From assembly GCA_963846575.1 (NCBI GenBank), contig CAWJWJ010000002.1, forward strand, positions 1,504,001-1,568,000: 64,000 nt of DNA, read 5' to 3'. Origin of the DNA: an uncultured Nitrospiraceae bacterium (GTDB lineage Bacteria > Nitrospirota > Nitrospiria > Nitrospirales > Nitrospiraceae). The notes below the pieces were generated by a model that did no database searches, had not been told where the DNA came from, and worked only from the letters and a program-made list of their open reading frames with translations. A program made the translations under genes and the position numbers. Positions 1 through 12,912 of the stretch are shown piece by piece; positions within the stretch are counted from its first letter, which is position 1; each line of letters begins with the position of its first letter.

Positions 1-865
1 AGGCCGAAGCCGCATGCTCGATCAGGGCATTCATCTCTCCCCCGAGCAGGATCACGACGCCTGTCAAGTAGAGCCACAGCATAAGTACAATGACTCCTGC
101 AATGGACCCGTACGCGGCATTATAAGTTCCAAAATGGTCCACATACACCTTGAAGCCCAGGGAGACTCCCACCCATAACGAGACCGCGAACACGGACCCG
201 GGAGTCACCCACCGCCAATCATGCTCGATATTAGGACAAACAAAATAGATGATCGCCAATGCCAGGAGCATGAGTAGCACGGCCACCGGCCATTGCAAGA
301 CGTTCCAGGTGATGAGAAATAACCAGCTGAGCCCCACCAGACTCGTGATCCATTCACCGATGCGGGCGCCATACAGGATCAAGGTCATGGACACGATGAT
401 AAAGAGGGCAAGCCCGATTGTCAGGAGCGTGGCAATGACGCGAACTTTCCAGTAAGGCCTGGTCTCTTCCGCGCCGTACACGATGTTTAAGGTCTCCATA
501 ATCGCCGTCACGCCGGTCGAGGAAGCCCACAAGGCGCCGAGTAGACCGAGCGAGAGGACGTCCCCGCCGCTGCCTTCCACCACGTTATCCAGATACCTCT
601 GGAGGAGCGAGAGGGCGTCTGAGGGTAGGACGGTGCGAAGGTACGCGAGGAGTTCGGGCATGACCCGCTCGAGAGGGAACAGGCCGAGGACAGCAGTCAG
701 AAACAGGAGTGCCGGAAACAACGCGAGCAGGAAATAAAAGGCCAACTGGGCGGCGCGGCCGAGAATGTCATTCTTCTGGCTGTCCTGCCAGAGACGCTGT
801 CCTAAATCCTTCCAACCGAGGCCGCCGAGCTTCCATGGGTTGGAACGCGGAGACGGACTGGTCAA
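1..865 (-). CDS. YihY/virulence factor BrkB family membrane protein (3' end runs off the window; not in ORF track)
   Basis: Manual translation from TTG at 865: MTSPSPRSNPWKLGGLGWKDLGQRLWQDSQKNDILGRAAQLAFYFLLALFPALL...YNAAYGSIAGVIVLMLWLYL; typical YihY motifs, open to position 1. Confidence 0.88.
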   Translation of the reverse strand, partial: MTSPSPRSNPWKLGGLGWKDLGQRLWQDSQKNDILGRAAQLAFYFLLALFPALLFLTAVLGLFPLERVMPELLAYLRTVLPSDALSLLQRYLDNVVEGSGGDVLSLGLLGALWASSTGVTAIMETLNIVYGAEETRPYWKVRVIATLLTIGLALFIIVSMTLILYGARIGEWITSLVGLSWLFLITWNVLQWPVAVLLMLLALAIIYFVCPNIEHDWRWVTPGSVFAVSLWVGVSLGFKVYVDHFGTYNAAYGSIAGVIVLMLWLYLTGVVILLGGEMNALIEHAASA

Positions 866-973
866 TGAAGCGGGCACGAAATCCCTCTCAGGAAAGCAAG
901 AACCGCTGCGCATCGCAGGACGGCCGGAGCCATGGGTTCCCGGCCGTCCTGGAGGCTGAGGGCCGGCATAACG

Positions 974-1741
974 TTAGCTTTCAGAATATTCCTGCGAGCC
1001 TGTGGCTGTGACGGGCCTCGTCGCGGATTGTGCAGGTGGATTGGATGCGCGATTGCGTAGGTTCTCTCCTTCTGGTCGTGAGGCCGAGGTAGCAGGACGC
1101 CGGGTTGTCGACCCCTGGCCGGTTTCGAACTGAGACGAGAGATTGACCCCGAAGGAACGCGCGATCTCCGGCATCATTTTGCGCGCTAATTCCAACATCA
1201 GGGAACGCCCGAACTGCATGAGTACCGCCTTCGTCTCCTCGGCCTCCTGAGTGAACTCCTGCGACATGCCGTCCCACAGATTCGATCGATGTGAGGCTGA
1301 CTGCCGCGTGCGGGGACGAGGCCCGGTCGGATAGTAGTCGTAAATGCCTTCCTTCCGCTCGGTCGTCGCACCGGGTTGTCGAGCCGATTCCGGCATGACC
1401 CGCGAGGCATGGGCGCCGGGCGGATAGTAGGGGTAGACGCCGCTACGTCGGCTTCGGGATTCCATCATGCCGATCGCGAAGCCCACGCCTATCGCCCCGC
1501 CGAGCATGAGCCAGGGGAATTCGTCAACCTTGTGAATCGGATTGAGGGCCGCTTTGGTTTTGTCGACCATCTGATTGACGCTGTGCGACGTCTCATCGAG
1601 CATCTGCGAAAATTTCATGGTCGCTCCCTCCGCCGTATCCTTAATGCGTTGTTCCAGCAGCTCGAGCTTTTCGGCTATGGCTACTCGCGTGTGGACAATG
1701 TCTTTCAAGTCCTGGTCGATAGTAGTTGTTCTTTGATCCAT
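974..1741 (-). CDS. Hypothetical protein, DUF3618/ElaB-like (coiled coil followed by a PWLMLGGAIGVGF TM segment)
   Basis: 255-aa ORF overlapping the upstream holin-like gene; a common arrangement in stress clusters. Confidence 0.7.
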   Translation of the reverse strand: MDQRTTTIDQDLKDIVHTRVAIAEKLELLEQRIKDTAEGATMKFSQMLDETSHSVNQMVDKTKAALNPIHKVDEFPWLMLGGAIGVGFAIGMMESRSRRSGVYPYYPPGAHASRVMPESARQPGATTERKEGIYDYYPTGPRPRTRQSASHRSNLWDGMSQEFTQEAEETKAVLMQFGRSLMLELARKMMPEIARSFGVNLSSQFETGQGSTTRRPATSASRPEGENLRNRASNPPAQSATRPVTATGSQEYSES

Positions 1742-2112
1742 CGTGCATCTTCCTTTATAGAGTGGACGGTACGGAAGGGCCAGAGGCGCAGGCTCGAGCC
1801 CACCCTTGCCAGGTTATACACAACAAGGCCGCTGAGTGCGGCGGCCATCAATGCCACCAACCCGTAACAACCCCAGAGGGGAAGGCCGGTATAGGTATGG
1901 AGGAGGTGAACCATCATGACGAGAAGAAAGGTGACCGTGACCAGGCCAAGCACCAGACCGACCGCGGCATACAACAGGCCCGAGACGACCTTGCGCAGCT
2001 CCAGCTGCATCTCATGCTGAGCCAGTCGAATTTCCTGGTTGAACAGTTGGCGAAGGTCGGCGACGAGGCCGCTCGCCAGCGCCGCAATGGAAATCGGATG
2101 AGGGTTCTCCAT
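1705..2112 (-). CDS. Phage-holin-like (DUF1469/YqjE-like) membrane protein
   Basis: LVADLRQLFNQEIRLAQHEM followed by two TM helices and P.RTVHSIKEDARW. Confidence 0.8.
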   Translation of the reverse strand: MENPHPISIAALASGLVADLRQLFNQEIRLAQHEMQLELRKVVSGLLYAAVGLVLGLVTVTFLLVMMVHLLHTYTGLPLWGCYGLVALMAAALSGLVVYNLARVGSSLRLWPFRTVHSIKEDARWIKEQLLSTRT

Positions 2113-2133
2113 AGGGATTCCTTTCCGCTAGGT

Positions 2134-2463
2134 TCAGTCGGTGCGCAGTCGTGAGAGTAAATATCCGCAGCCCACACCTACCATGAGGGCCTGCAGGGGA
2201 TACCGTCTGATCAGCAGTTCGAGATCCTCCACGATGCCGGACATGCCTTCTTGCTGTAAATAATCGGCGGTGCGCCGAACCCCCTGCGATACCGCCTCCG
2301 CCGCTTCGCCGAACGTGCCGCTGCCAGAGAACTGCTCGCTTGCGGAATCAAGCACCTCTTCGGCCCGCCCGGTGAGTTTCTGAGCCGAATGGGCCGTATC
2401 ACTCGCGACGTTCTTGATGGCCGATCCGATGGCTTCTTCCAAGCTTAACTTTTCGCGTTCCAT
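2134..2463 (-). CDS. ElaB/YqjD-like tail-anchored stress protein
   Basis: ATG at 2463 with GGAGG RBS; C-terminal IRRYPLQALMVGVGCGYLLSRL. Confidence 0.7.
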   Translation of the reverse strand: MEREKLSLEEAIGSAIKNVASDTAHSAQKLTGRAEEVLDSASEQFSGSGTFGEAAEAVSQGVRRTADYLQQEGMSGIVEDLELLIRRYPLQALMVGVGCGYLLSRLRTD

Positions 2464-2572
2464 AATCCGGTTCCTCCATGAAAACAACGATCGGTGCTTC
2501 TCAAGGCACGCTCGCCTGAGGTGATAATTCACTCCGTGGTATTCACTTCGTGATGATGCACTTCTTCAAGTC

Positions 2573-2617
2573 AGACTAGCGCGCCGGAGCAGACCGATGA
2601 ACTGGGCAAAGCCCTAG
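2573..2617 (-). promoter_or_regulatory. Box CTAGGGCTTTGCCCAG + TTCATC-17 nt-TAGTCT promoter
   Basis: One copy of the recurring box at fixed spacing to a -10-like hexamer. Confidence 0.7.
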
Positions 2618-2658
2618 ACGTCGAGATAGGGCGGACCGGCCGGTGTTCGCGACGGAGC

Positions 2659-3114
2659 TCATGTGGCCGAGGCCTGTGGACTCGATGATGCCTGCTGCCC
2701 TGGGGGGCCCGCGTCGACGAAAGGAAACATGTCGCGTTCCTCCGCCACGAAATGCAGGCGGACGGTTTGCATCATGTCTTCGAAAAACTCATCCAGGGCT
2801 TGATCGTCGTCGGTTTCCGACTGTTCCACCTCGCTCATCATCGCCTTGATTTCTTCATGCTCCAGCAAGGCCTCCTCCACAAGTCGACGGCCCTGTTCGC
2901 TCCCATTCCCGATGTCCGCATACAGCAGTTCCTCTTCCTTTTGAAGATGTAACGCCAGAGCATGGAAAATTTGATTCACGATGGCGTGACGGGAATCGGC
3001 GGCGGCGTTCAAATAGAGCTGGTATAAGGCCATGATGTGGCGATGTTCCTCTCGCACCGTTTTCCAGATATCGCGGGTCTCAAGAGAACTGCCGGTGTCT
3101 CGTTCAGAATTCAT
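2659..3114 (-). CDS. Hemerythrin (HHE) domain protein
   Basis: EEHRHI, HLQKEEELLY, EHEEIK, HFVAEERDMFP motifs; ATG at 3114 with GAGG RBS. Confidence 0.85.
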   Translation of the reverse strand: MNSERDTGSSLETRDIWKTVREEHRHIMALYQLYLNAAADSRHAIVNQIFHALALHLQKEEELLYADIGNGSEQGRRLVEEALLEHEEIKAMMSEVEQSETDDDQALDEFFEDMMQTVRLHFVAEERDMFPFVDAGPPGQQASSSPQASAT

Positions 3115-3167
3115 AATCTGCCTCCCTCGAGGGTCGATGGTGGCCCGTCTTTGCTGATTGTGTAGAA

Positions 3168-3212
3168 ACACTAGCAGCCATTCTGAATCGTGCGAACTGG
3201 GCAAGACCCTAA
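3168..3212 (-). promoter_or_regulatory. Box TTAGGGTCTTGCCCAG + TTCGCA-17 nt-TAGTGT promoter
   Basis: Recurring box; extended -10 (TGc). Confidence 0.7.
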
Positions 3213-3242
3213 ATTATACTGGCGGCAGCAGGGGAGAGCGGC

Positions 3243-3395
3243 CTAGATGCGATCCGTCATGGTGAGAAGCAGGATCACCAATAAGACGGCTCCCATCAGG
3301 CTGCTGGGATAGAATCCCCAATGACGGCTATAGGACCAGGCGGGAAGGGCACCGATGACCAGCAGACTCACGAGGATCGGGAGGAGGTTGTTCAT
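3243..3395 (-). CDS. DUF3309 family small membrane protein (50 aa; not in ORF track)
   Basis: MNNLLPILVSLLVIGALPAWSYSRHWGFYPSSLMGAVLLVILLLTMTDRI; GALP.W.YS..WG..P signature; GGAGG RBS. Confidence 0.85.
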   Translation of the reverse strand: MNNLLPILVSLLVIGALPAWSYSRHWGFYPSSLMGAVLLVILLLTMTDRI

Positions 3396-3470
3396 CTGGG
3401 TCCCTCCATAGGGGAAGTCGAGAGGGGGAGTCGAGACATGCCGTTGACGGCACGCCTCGACTGGGCCCGC

Positions 3471-4946
3471 TTATCGGACGTCCTGCTTCAACAATGCCCG
3501 GGAATTCGTGTCCTCCACTGCAATCCGACCGTTCGCGCTCGCAGTGCCTTGAAGCAGAATGGTGGCCACTAAGGCCTGGGGAGTGGAGAGTGCCTGGTCC
3601 GGCTGTTCGCTGGTCACTAGAATGTCCATGGTGATGTTCCCGGAGGTATGGTTGCCGGTCATGGCTTGTTTCATGCGCTCGAGCTGTAAGGAAAAGTCAG
3701 AGACGGCCGCCTTCCGAAGTCGCTCCTGTAACTCCCGGTCTACGGTTTTCCAATATCCCATGCGAATGGAGTCAATGGCGGTTTTCGACTCGTTCGCCAT
3801 CTGGAGATCGGGAACCGTCAGAGCCTTACCCCCGTCCTCCAGGTGAGGGGTACCCCAATAGTAAATCTTTCCGCGGAGATCACCGCTTGTTTCGACCGTG
3901 AGGAGCACGCGACCGTTCGCATCTGAGGCCGTGACCTGTTCAATGACTGCTGTTTCCGAGCCTGCGGGATCCAAAGCAAGCGACTGATGAAATAACTTGC
4001 TCTGCAACTGGTGGCTGAGATTGGCGTAGGTGACCGGGATACGTGCCAGCACTTTAAACGGCTTGGCCTCCCCCGAAATGGTGCCCGCATTGATGAGCGC
4101 CGTGGTCGGAGACGCGTCATGGCAGGTCGGCTCAAAGGTAACAGTCGGCATTTGCCTGGCCACCGCGCTGATAATCGTATTCTGCGTGGTCCCTTTTTGC
4201 GGACCCAAGGTCAGTTCCCTCGGGTTTCCATATAAACATGTCCGTGTATTGAGGGAGGCCACGGGGACGGAGACGGGCCCCTCCAGATCATCCCAAAGGC
4301 GCTGGAATTGTAAGCCGAATGTGTCCGGCCGGACAGCGGACGCCAGCGCGGCTTTTGCTTCGGATAGAGAGAATAACTCGGCAAGTTGATCCTTGACGGG
4401 GACGTTGAACATGTTGCAACGCGAGTCGCTTTCAGGCTTGAGCCCCGTGTTGACCCCAGAGGGCTCGAAACTGAAGGCGACCGAGTCATGATTCTGTAGT
4501 AGCACCAGTTTCCCCGTTGCATCCAGGGTCGTATAGACGGGATCGAGCCGGCAAGCGCTGGATCCGCCCCTGGCTTCGATCTGACCCTGATATTCGGCAT
4601 GGATGGCCACGAGACCGTCCTGAATCCGCACTTCGGGCTGGCCGCTACGGACAAACGTCCATCGAAAATCCTGCGCCAGAGGATGTCCTGCCTCGGTAAA
4701 CCGCTCAGGTATGGCGTCGCGGATGGCCGTTTGCACCGGCGTGAGGTCTGTTTTAATCTGCAGCGGCACCTGAGAGACCGGCGCTTTGGGCTGTTCTTTT
4801 TTCATGTCCTCAAACGAGGGGACGCGGCTGGTAATCGGTGGTGGTACCGGCTTCGTCGAAGCCTGTGGAATCGTATGGCTGCAGGCCCCGACAGCCATCA
4901 GGACGGACAGCAATGCCGGAACGGTAGCGCGTGAACGGTATTTCAT
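3471..4946 (-). CDS. DUF4403-like lipoprotein
   Basis: 491-aa ORF, lipobox VGAC, elongated beta-rich sequence. Confidence 0.65.
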   Translation of the reverse strand: MKYRSRATVPALLSVLMAVGACSHTIPQASTKPVPPPITSRVPSFEDMKKEQPKAPVSQVPLQIKTDLTPVQTAIRDAIPERFTEAGHPLAQDFRWTFVRSGQPEVRIQDGLVAIHAEYQGQIEARGGSSACRLDPVYTTLDATGKLVLLQNHDSVAFSFEPSGVNTGLKPESDSRCNMFNVPVKDQLAELFSLSEAKAALASAVRPDTFGLQFQRLWDDLEGPVSVPVASLNTRTCLYGNPRELTLGPQKGTTQNTIISAVARQMPTVTFEPTCHDASPTTALINAGTISGEAKPFKVLARIPVTYANLSHQLQSKLFHQSLALDPAGSETAVIEQVTASDANGRVLLTVETSGDLRGKIYYWGTPHLEDGGKALTVPDLQMANESKTAIDSIRMGYWKTVDRELQERLRKAAVSDFSLQLERMKQAMTGNHTSGNITMDILVTSEQPDQALSTPQALVATILLQGTASANGRIAVEDTNSRALLKQDVR

Positions 4947-5069
4947 CGAAGCCTCCCTGACATCATCGACCGCAGCTCGACCCCCTGCGGCGCACGTGAC
5001 GTCACGACCAGGGTCCGTACCGGCCGATCCGCCGCGACGAAACGCGACGGATCGGTTGGCGCCGAGCGA

Positions 5070-5375
5070 CTAGGGTTGAATTTGTAAATTATTATTGACG
5101 GTTCTGACGCCCTTCACCTCACGAGCCAGATCCGCAACCCGGATTTTTTGGTCCGCTGATTTAACGACCCCGTTCAACGTCACCACGCCGCGCTCCGTAT
5201 CCACGTCGATCCGCGAAAAGTTGGACAGGCGATCGGAGGAGAGTTTGGACTGTACGGAGGCCGTGATCGTGGCATCATCGATCGTCTGTCCGGCCGTCTT
5301 CCCGGTGGTAGACTGGCACCCGAAGATGGACAGAGAGGCAATGGCAAGCACGATGCAGGCAAAACGACTCATCAT
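5070..5375 (-). CDS. BON domain lipoprotein (OsmY-like)
   Basis: Lipobox IFGC; DDATITASVQSKL, IDVDTERGVVTLNGVV, VKGVRTVNNNL. Confidence 0.92.
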   Translation of the reverse strand: MMSRFACIVLAIASLSIFGCQSTTGKTAGQTIDDATITASVQSKLSSDRLSNFSRIDVDTERGVVTLNGVVKSADQKIRVADLAREVKGVRTVNNNLQIQP

Positions 5376-5432
5376 GATAATTCTCCTGGTCTATGTGTGG
5401 TTGAACTCAATGGCAACTTCGTCAGACCAGCG

Positions 5433-5753
5433 TTATCGGGATGTGGCTTCCGAAGCGACCTTCTCCGCAGTCTCCGCGCCTTTGTCGACAAATTCGCGGG
5501 CGCTCCGCCCGGCATTCCGGATGGCCTGCTTGCCGCCTTCCACATATTCCTGGCCACGTTCCACGACATTGTCCCATGCAGCCCGGCCCTGTTCGGCCGC
5601 ATCGTCGAGTTCGTCTTTGGCACGGGAGGCATAATCCCTCAGCGAGGACCGAAGCTCAGATCCTGATTGTGGCGCCAACAACAATGCGATGCCGGCGCCG
5701 ATAAACGCACCAGCCATAAAGGCCGACCAGTTGGATGATTCTTCTGTATACAT
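5433..5753 (-). CDS. YtxH domain protein
   Basis: FMAGAFIGAGIALLLAPQSGSELR signature. Confidence 0.9.
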   Translation of the reverse strand: MYTEESSNWSAFMAGAFIGAGIALLLAPQSGSELRSSLRDYASRAKDELDDAAEQGRAAWDNVVERGQEYVEGGKQAIRNAGRSAREFVDKGAETAEKVASEATSR

Positions 5754-5841
5754 TGCTCAACCTCCTTCGTTCTACGTATCGAAACCGTTGATAGATGTAA
5801 TTGACGATGCACTGTCGTCCCTGTCCGCTGTGCTGTTTCTC

Positions 5842-5885
5842 AGTCTAACAAGCCGACGGAAATCGCTAACTAGGCAAGGCCCTAG
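5842..5885 (-). promoter_or_regulatory. Box CTAGGGCCTTGCCTAG + TTAGCG-16 nt-TAGACT promoter
   Basis: Recurring box; extended -10 (TGt). Confidence 0.7.
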
Positions 5886-5948
5886 TTGAGGGAGTTTCCA
5901 GCCCATGCAGCGGTGGGCGAAGCTACTCGGCCCGGGATCCCGCGGGTC

Positions 5949-5970
5949 GGTCCGGAAATATTCCCGGACC
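5949..5970. repeat. 22-bp near-perfect palindrome GGTCCGGAAATATTCCCGGACC
   Basis: One mismatched pair; lies in a divergent intergenic region. Confidence 0.6.
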
Positions 5971-6315
5971 CCGCAGAGTTGATGAAGGGAATAACTACGT
6001 AGGTCTCAGATGATCTGATCCGCAGCCGGTATCGCGCGTCCAACTTGGTTCCGGCGCAGGCCGGCGTGGACGCGCGGTCGGGACCGGCGCACCGGGCCGG
6101 AATGAGACAGAGGCGGGCGATGGCACGATCTTTGAGTTGATCCGTAGGGTGAAGTATGGGAGGATTGCCCCGTGGCAACCGACAGGCCGGGACGCCGGGA
6201 GTGGGCCGATGACCTGGTCTCAGCGGAGTCGGGGGAGCGGTCGCACAATGGCTCCGGGAGACCGGCGGAGTTTATGCAAGCTGATTGAATGTATTCAGCG
6301 GAGGGAGAGGAGCCG

Positions 6316-6726
6316 ATGCCGACAACGACACAATTTGTAGTCAGTGGACAAAGTAAGCCCGGGGTGCTGGCCGAGGTCGCCGCAGTGCTGGGGGCCGCAG
6401 GGGTCAATATCAAGGCATTCTCCGCGCCAGAGGTGACCGGGCCGGGAAAGCTCCGTCTGATCGTGGCCGACGTGGATGCCGCTCGGATCGCGTTGAGAAA
6501 ATCCAAGATCAAGTTTCGCGAAGAGACGGCGCTGATCCTGAGTCTGGAGAATAAGCCAGGGGCCTTGAAGCAGGTCGCCGATTCGCTGACCAGAGCCCGC
6601 ATCAACGTGAAGTGCGGCTATTGTACCCCCTCGCGAGAAGGGAAACGCGCCATTGTGGTGCTGACCGTGTCGAACACGACCAAGGCGCTAGGCGTGCTGC
6701 GCACCCAATCACTGGACGAATTTTAA
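6316..6726 (+). CDS. Tandem ACT domain protein
   Basis: SKPGVLAEVAAVLGAAGVNI and ENKPGALKQVADSLTRARINV repeats; GAGGAG RBS. Confidence 0.88.
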   Translation: MPTTTQFVVSGQSKPGVLAEVAAVLGAAGVNIKAFSAPEVTGPGKLRLIVADVDAARIALRKSKIKFREETALILSLENKPGALKQVADSLTRARINVKCGYCTPSREGKRAIVVLTVSNTTKALGVLRTQSLDEF

Positions 6727-6736
6727 CCCGCTCAGG

Positions 6737-7417
6737 ATGGGGGAGAAGAGCACAGGTCTCATCCGTTCTCTTCTCCTCCTGCTCCTACTCTCCCTTCCCT
6801 TCTCGTTCAGTGGCTGCTCCGGCTGGAGCCCGGCGCGTCCGACCTATCCATCCGGTAATCCGGTTGGATTCGTCGAACGGGGAACCGCTTCATGGTACGG
6901 GCCGGGATTCCACGGAAATCGCACGGCGAATGGTGAAGTGTATGATATGCATCAACTGACGGCGGCGCATCGAACCCTGCCGCTCGGCTCCGTGATTGAC
7001 GTACGGTCCCTGACCAATGGCCGGCAGGTGACGGTGCGAATCAACGATCGCGGCCCTTTCGCCCGCGGCAGAATCCTGGACTTGTCCTTCGCGGGTGCCC
7101 AAGCGATCGGCATGGTCGGGCGCGGGACCGACGACATTGAATTGCGGGTCATCCGGTATCAGGGCAGACCCGAAGGAACGGGGGTCTTTCGTGTACAGGT
7201 AGCATCGTTTGCCGACCCGGCGAACGCGGAGTTCTTAGTCGACCGACTCAAGGTGCGTTATCCCGGATCAAAGGCCGTGGGGATCGATTTGCCGGAAGGC
7301 CGGCGGTATCGGGTGTATACCGGGCAGTTCCAAGGTGAACGTGTGGCCGAGGAGGCCGCGTCATACCTGAAAAAGGTTTTGAATACCGATCCCATGATCG
7401 TTCGTGACGACGGCTGA
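6737..7417 (+). CDS. rlpA: Septal ring lytic transglycosylase RlpA family lipoprotein (DPBB + SPOR)
   Basis: GTASWYG, TAAHRTLP, VRINDRGPF, SPOR VQVASF. Confidence 0.92.
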   Translation: MGEKSTGLIRSLLLLLLLSLPFSFSGCSGWSPARPTYPSGNPVGFVERGTASWYGPGFHGNRTANGEVYDMHQLTAAHRTLPLGSVIDVRSLTNGRQVTVRINDRGPFARGRILDLSFAGAQAIGMVGRGTDDIELRVIRYQGRPEGTGVFRVQVASFADPANAEFLVDRLKVRYPGSKAVGIDLPEGRRYRVYTGQFQGERVAEEAASYLKKVLNTDPMIVRDDG

Positions 7418-7517
7418 GCTTCGCATCACGTGGTATTTGAGGTTGCGGGAGGGGCGAATCCAGCCGACGTGACTGATAGTACGACCAGTCCCCTTCGGCC
7501 TGTAATGATGCTAACCC

Positions 7518-7546
7518 TTGATGCGTCTCTCCGCCTGTGCTAATTG
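7518..7546 (+). promoter_or_regulatory. Putative sigma70 promoter TTGATG-17-TAATTG
   Basis: Hexamer spacing upstream of the CNNM gene. Confidence 0.4.
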
Positions 7547-7706
7547 TATATCTGATGGATGATAGTGACCCGAGAGGACCGTATCCGGTTTCCTTCTCAC
7601 CCCGCAGGGCAACCCTTGCAGTTCGGACCACGGGCTCCGACCTGATCCAAGTATCCAGCATACAGAGCCACAGCTTCGTCCGGTCCTTTTACCCTCGATA
7701 GGTCTT

Positions 7707-11013
<3,307 letters not shown>

Positions 11014-12912
11014 TTACTCACGGATGAATTGGGCTGCAAAACTGCGGATCTCTTGACCGTTTAAGACATGAAACCGCCGCAACCGGTCGATCATCTGGCC
11101 GGAGAAGCGGCTCATGGGAATCGGGACCAGCTGTCGACCAAACTGCTTGGCAATCTGGCGCCAGCGGGCCTTGGGTGGAACGGGCGTAACCAGTGCCAGA
11201 TGCGTTTCTCGAGAATGGACGGCTCCCGCTGCAATCAAGCGCTCCTCGAGCGTCCTGGCGAAGCCGAGCGCCTCATCCGTCCACACGTCCGGAATCGCAC
11301 GAGGAGGGTAGATGAACAGGGCGCCACCATAACAAGATTGGCCGATGCCCGGGGCGACCATGTGGTTTAGGAATGGCGTGGCATAAAAACAGAGGGTGGA
11401 CTCCTGCGCATGTTCGGCGTACCAGGTGGCCTGCCAGCTATAGCTCTCCGGATCGGCCGGTGTATCGAACAGGAAAATCACGGTATCAACGTTTCCGCGC
11501 GCCGGAGGAATCTCTTTGACGTAGATCTCCAGCCTTTTCGGACGGCCTGGTTTCTGGCGCTGATACCAATGCCGCAGACTCTCCCGGATATCGATACCGT
11601 CTTTCATCGAGGTCGTGAACTTCTCGCTTTTGGCCAGATCGGCGCCAATGATGGCCTTCGCCTGGTCACGAACGTGGGTATGAAAACTTTCTATCTTGGA
11701 GTCTTCCGGAGGCCAGGAACATTGCCGGTGAGGATTCCAGAGATAAGACCATTGCCGGCTGGTACGGCGGGGCGGGCGGGGCCGGAGTGACAGGGAGCGC
11801 CAGACCACGGGGGTGCCCTGGAGCCGATTCGTCGCGTGGACGATCTGGTCGTCCGGCAACGCGAACTGGCCCAGCCCCGCCGAGATGTGAGGGAGGCGGG
11901 CCTGCTCGATGTCCTGATAGGAATAACTTTTGGCGGTTTCGAGCAGGCTGATGGCAAAGTCGTCACCGGCCATCTGTTTGGCGGCAAGGACCAACGTATA
12001 GAGGTCAGGTGTCAGGCGGCGGTCCAGCAGCGCCAGGTTTCGAACATAGTGCAGATACAGCTGCAGTAGCTGAGGCGTCACCCAGGTGGGAACGGCGTGA
12101 CCGTCCGTATCAGGGGCTGTCTGCGAGCGTGTGCGGGTTTCGAGCAACAACTCTTTGATGCCGTCGATGGACAGGTGCCGGTCCGAATGGACGCTGGCCC
12201 GCCGTCGTTCGTACAACTCCGTCAAAAAGGGTAATTCCCCGAGCACGAAATATAAGGATGTCGGTTCGACCAGGTACCGTTCCGGCCTGCCTGCCACGGG
12301 ATCGGGCGGGTGGTAGGCCGCTCGCTCCTGATAGGCCTGGCGAATCCAGGGCCAGTCCGCCAGGTGACAGAGGCACAGAATGTCAGCATGCTCCATTTCA
12401 AGCTGGTGGAGTTGAAAGGCCATCCAGGCGATCCGTGCCTGTTGTTGCGTCGTATCCGCAGGGGCCGTGAGGGTGGGTACCATCGCGGCAGCAAAGGCCG
12501 CGTATGAGAGGCGTTTCACGACATAGGGATCAGGAGACAGGAGGGGAACCGGCTCAACCAGTGCGGTTTCCCTGTCGATGTAGGCGCGGGGGATTCCCTC
12601 TCCGATGGCGACGCGTATGCCCATGATGACGGCCTGGCATGGATCGACCGGCACGTAATTTACCGACGCTGGACCATCCGTCCGATGTTCCCGCTGAACG
12701 ATCACACTGATCGTCGGTAGATCGGCCACGGCATCTTCAAGCGGTTCCTCAAAGGAAGGCGGCAACGGAACGGCCAGACAATCGCATCGGCGGTCGGTCA
12801 GCCGGTCTCGCACTTCCTGCGCGACATCGCCGCTTCCGTGCAAAATCGGGAACAGGCTTATGCGCGGGGACAGGCGAAAAACAGAATCGGCGGTAGAAGA
12901 TGGCACTGCCAT
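11014..12912 (-). CDS. Uncharacterised 632-aa partner of the MoxR-like ATPase
   Basis: Long ORF; its start overlaps the ATPase stop by 1 nt. Confidence 0.8.
   Translation of the reverse strand: MAVPSSTADSVFRLSPRISLFPILHGSGDVAQEVRDRLTDRRCDCLAVPLPPSFEEPLEDAVADLPTISVIVQREHRTDGPASVNYVPVDPCQAVIMGIRVAIGEGIPRAYIDRETALVEPVPLLSPDPYVVKRLSYAAFAAAMVPTLTAPADTTQQQARIAWMAFQLHQLEMEHADILCLCHLADWPWIRQAYQERAAYHPPDPVAGRPERYLVEPTSLYFVLGELPFLTELYERRRASVHSDRHLSIDGIKELLLETRTRSQTAPDTDGHAVPTWVTPQLLQLYLHYVRNLALLDRRLTPDLYTLVLAAKQMAGDDFAISLLETAKSYSYQDIEQARLPHISAGLGQFALPDDQIVHATNRLQGTPVVWRSLSLRPRPPRRTSRQWSYLWNPHRQCSWPPEDSKIESFHTHVRDQAKAIIGADLAKSEKFTTSMKDGIDIRESLRHWYQRQKPGRPKRLEIYVKEIPPARGNVDTVIFLFDTPADPESYSWQATWYAEHAQESTLCFYATPFLNHMVAPGIGQSCYGGALFIYPPRAIPDVWTDEALGFARTLEERLIAAGAVHSRETHLALVTPVPPKARWRQIAKQFGRQLVPIPMSRFSGQMIDRLRRFHVLNGQEIRSFAAQFIRE

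Noticed and set aside
1705..2112. Holin-like gene as prophage evidence
   Set aside because: No phage structural, lysis or integrase genes; the family is common in stress clusters
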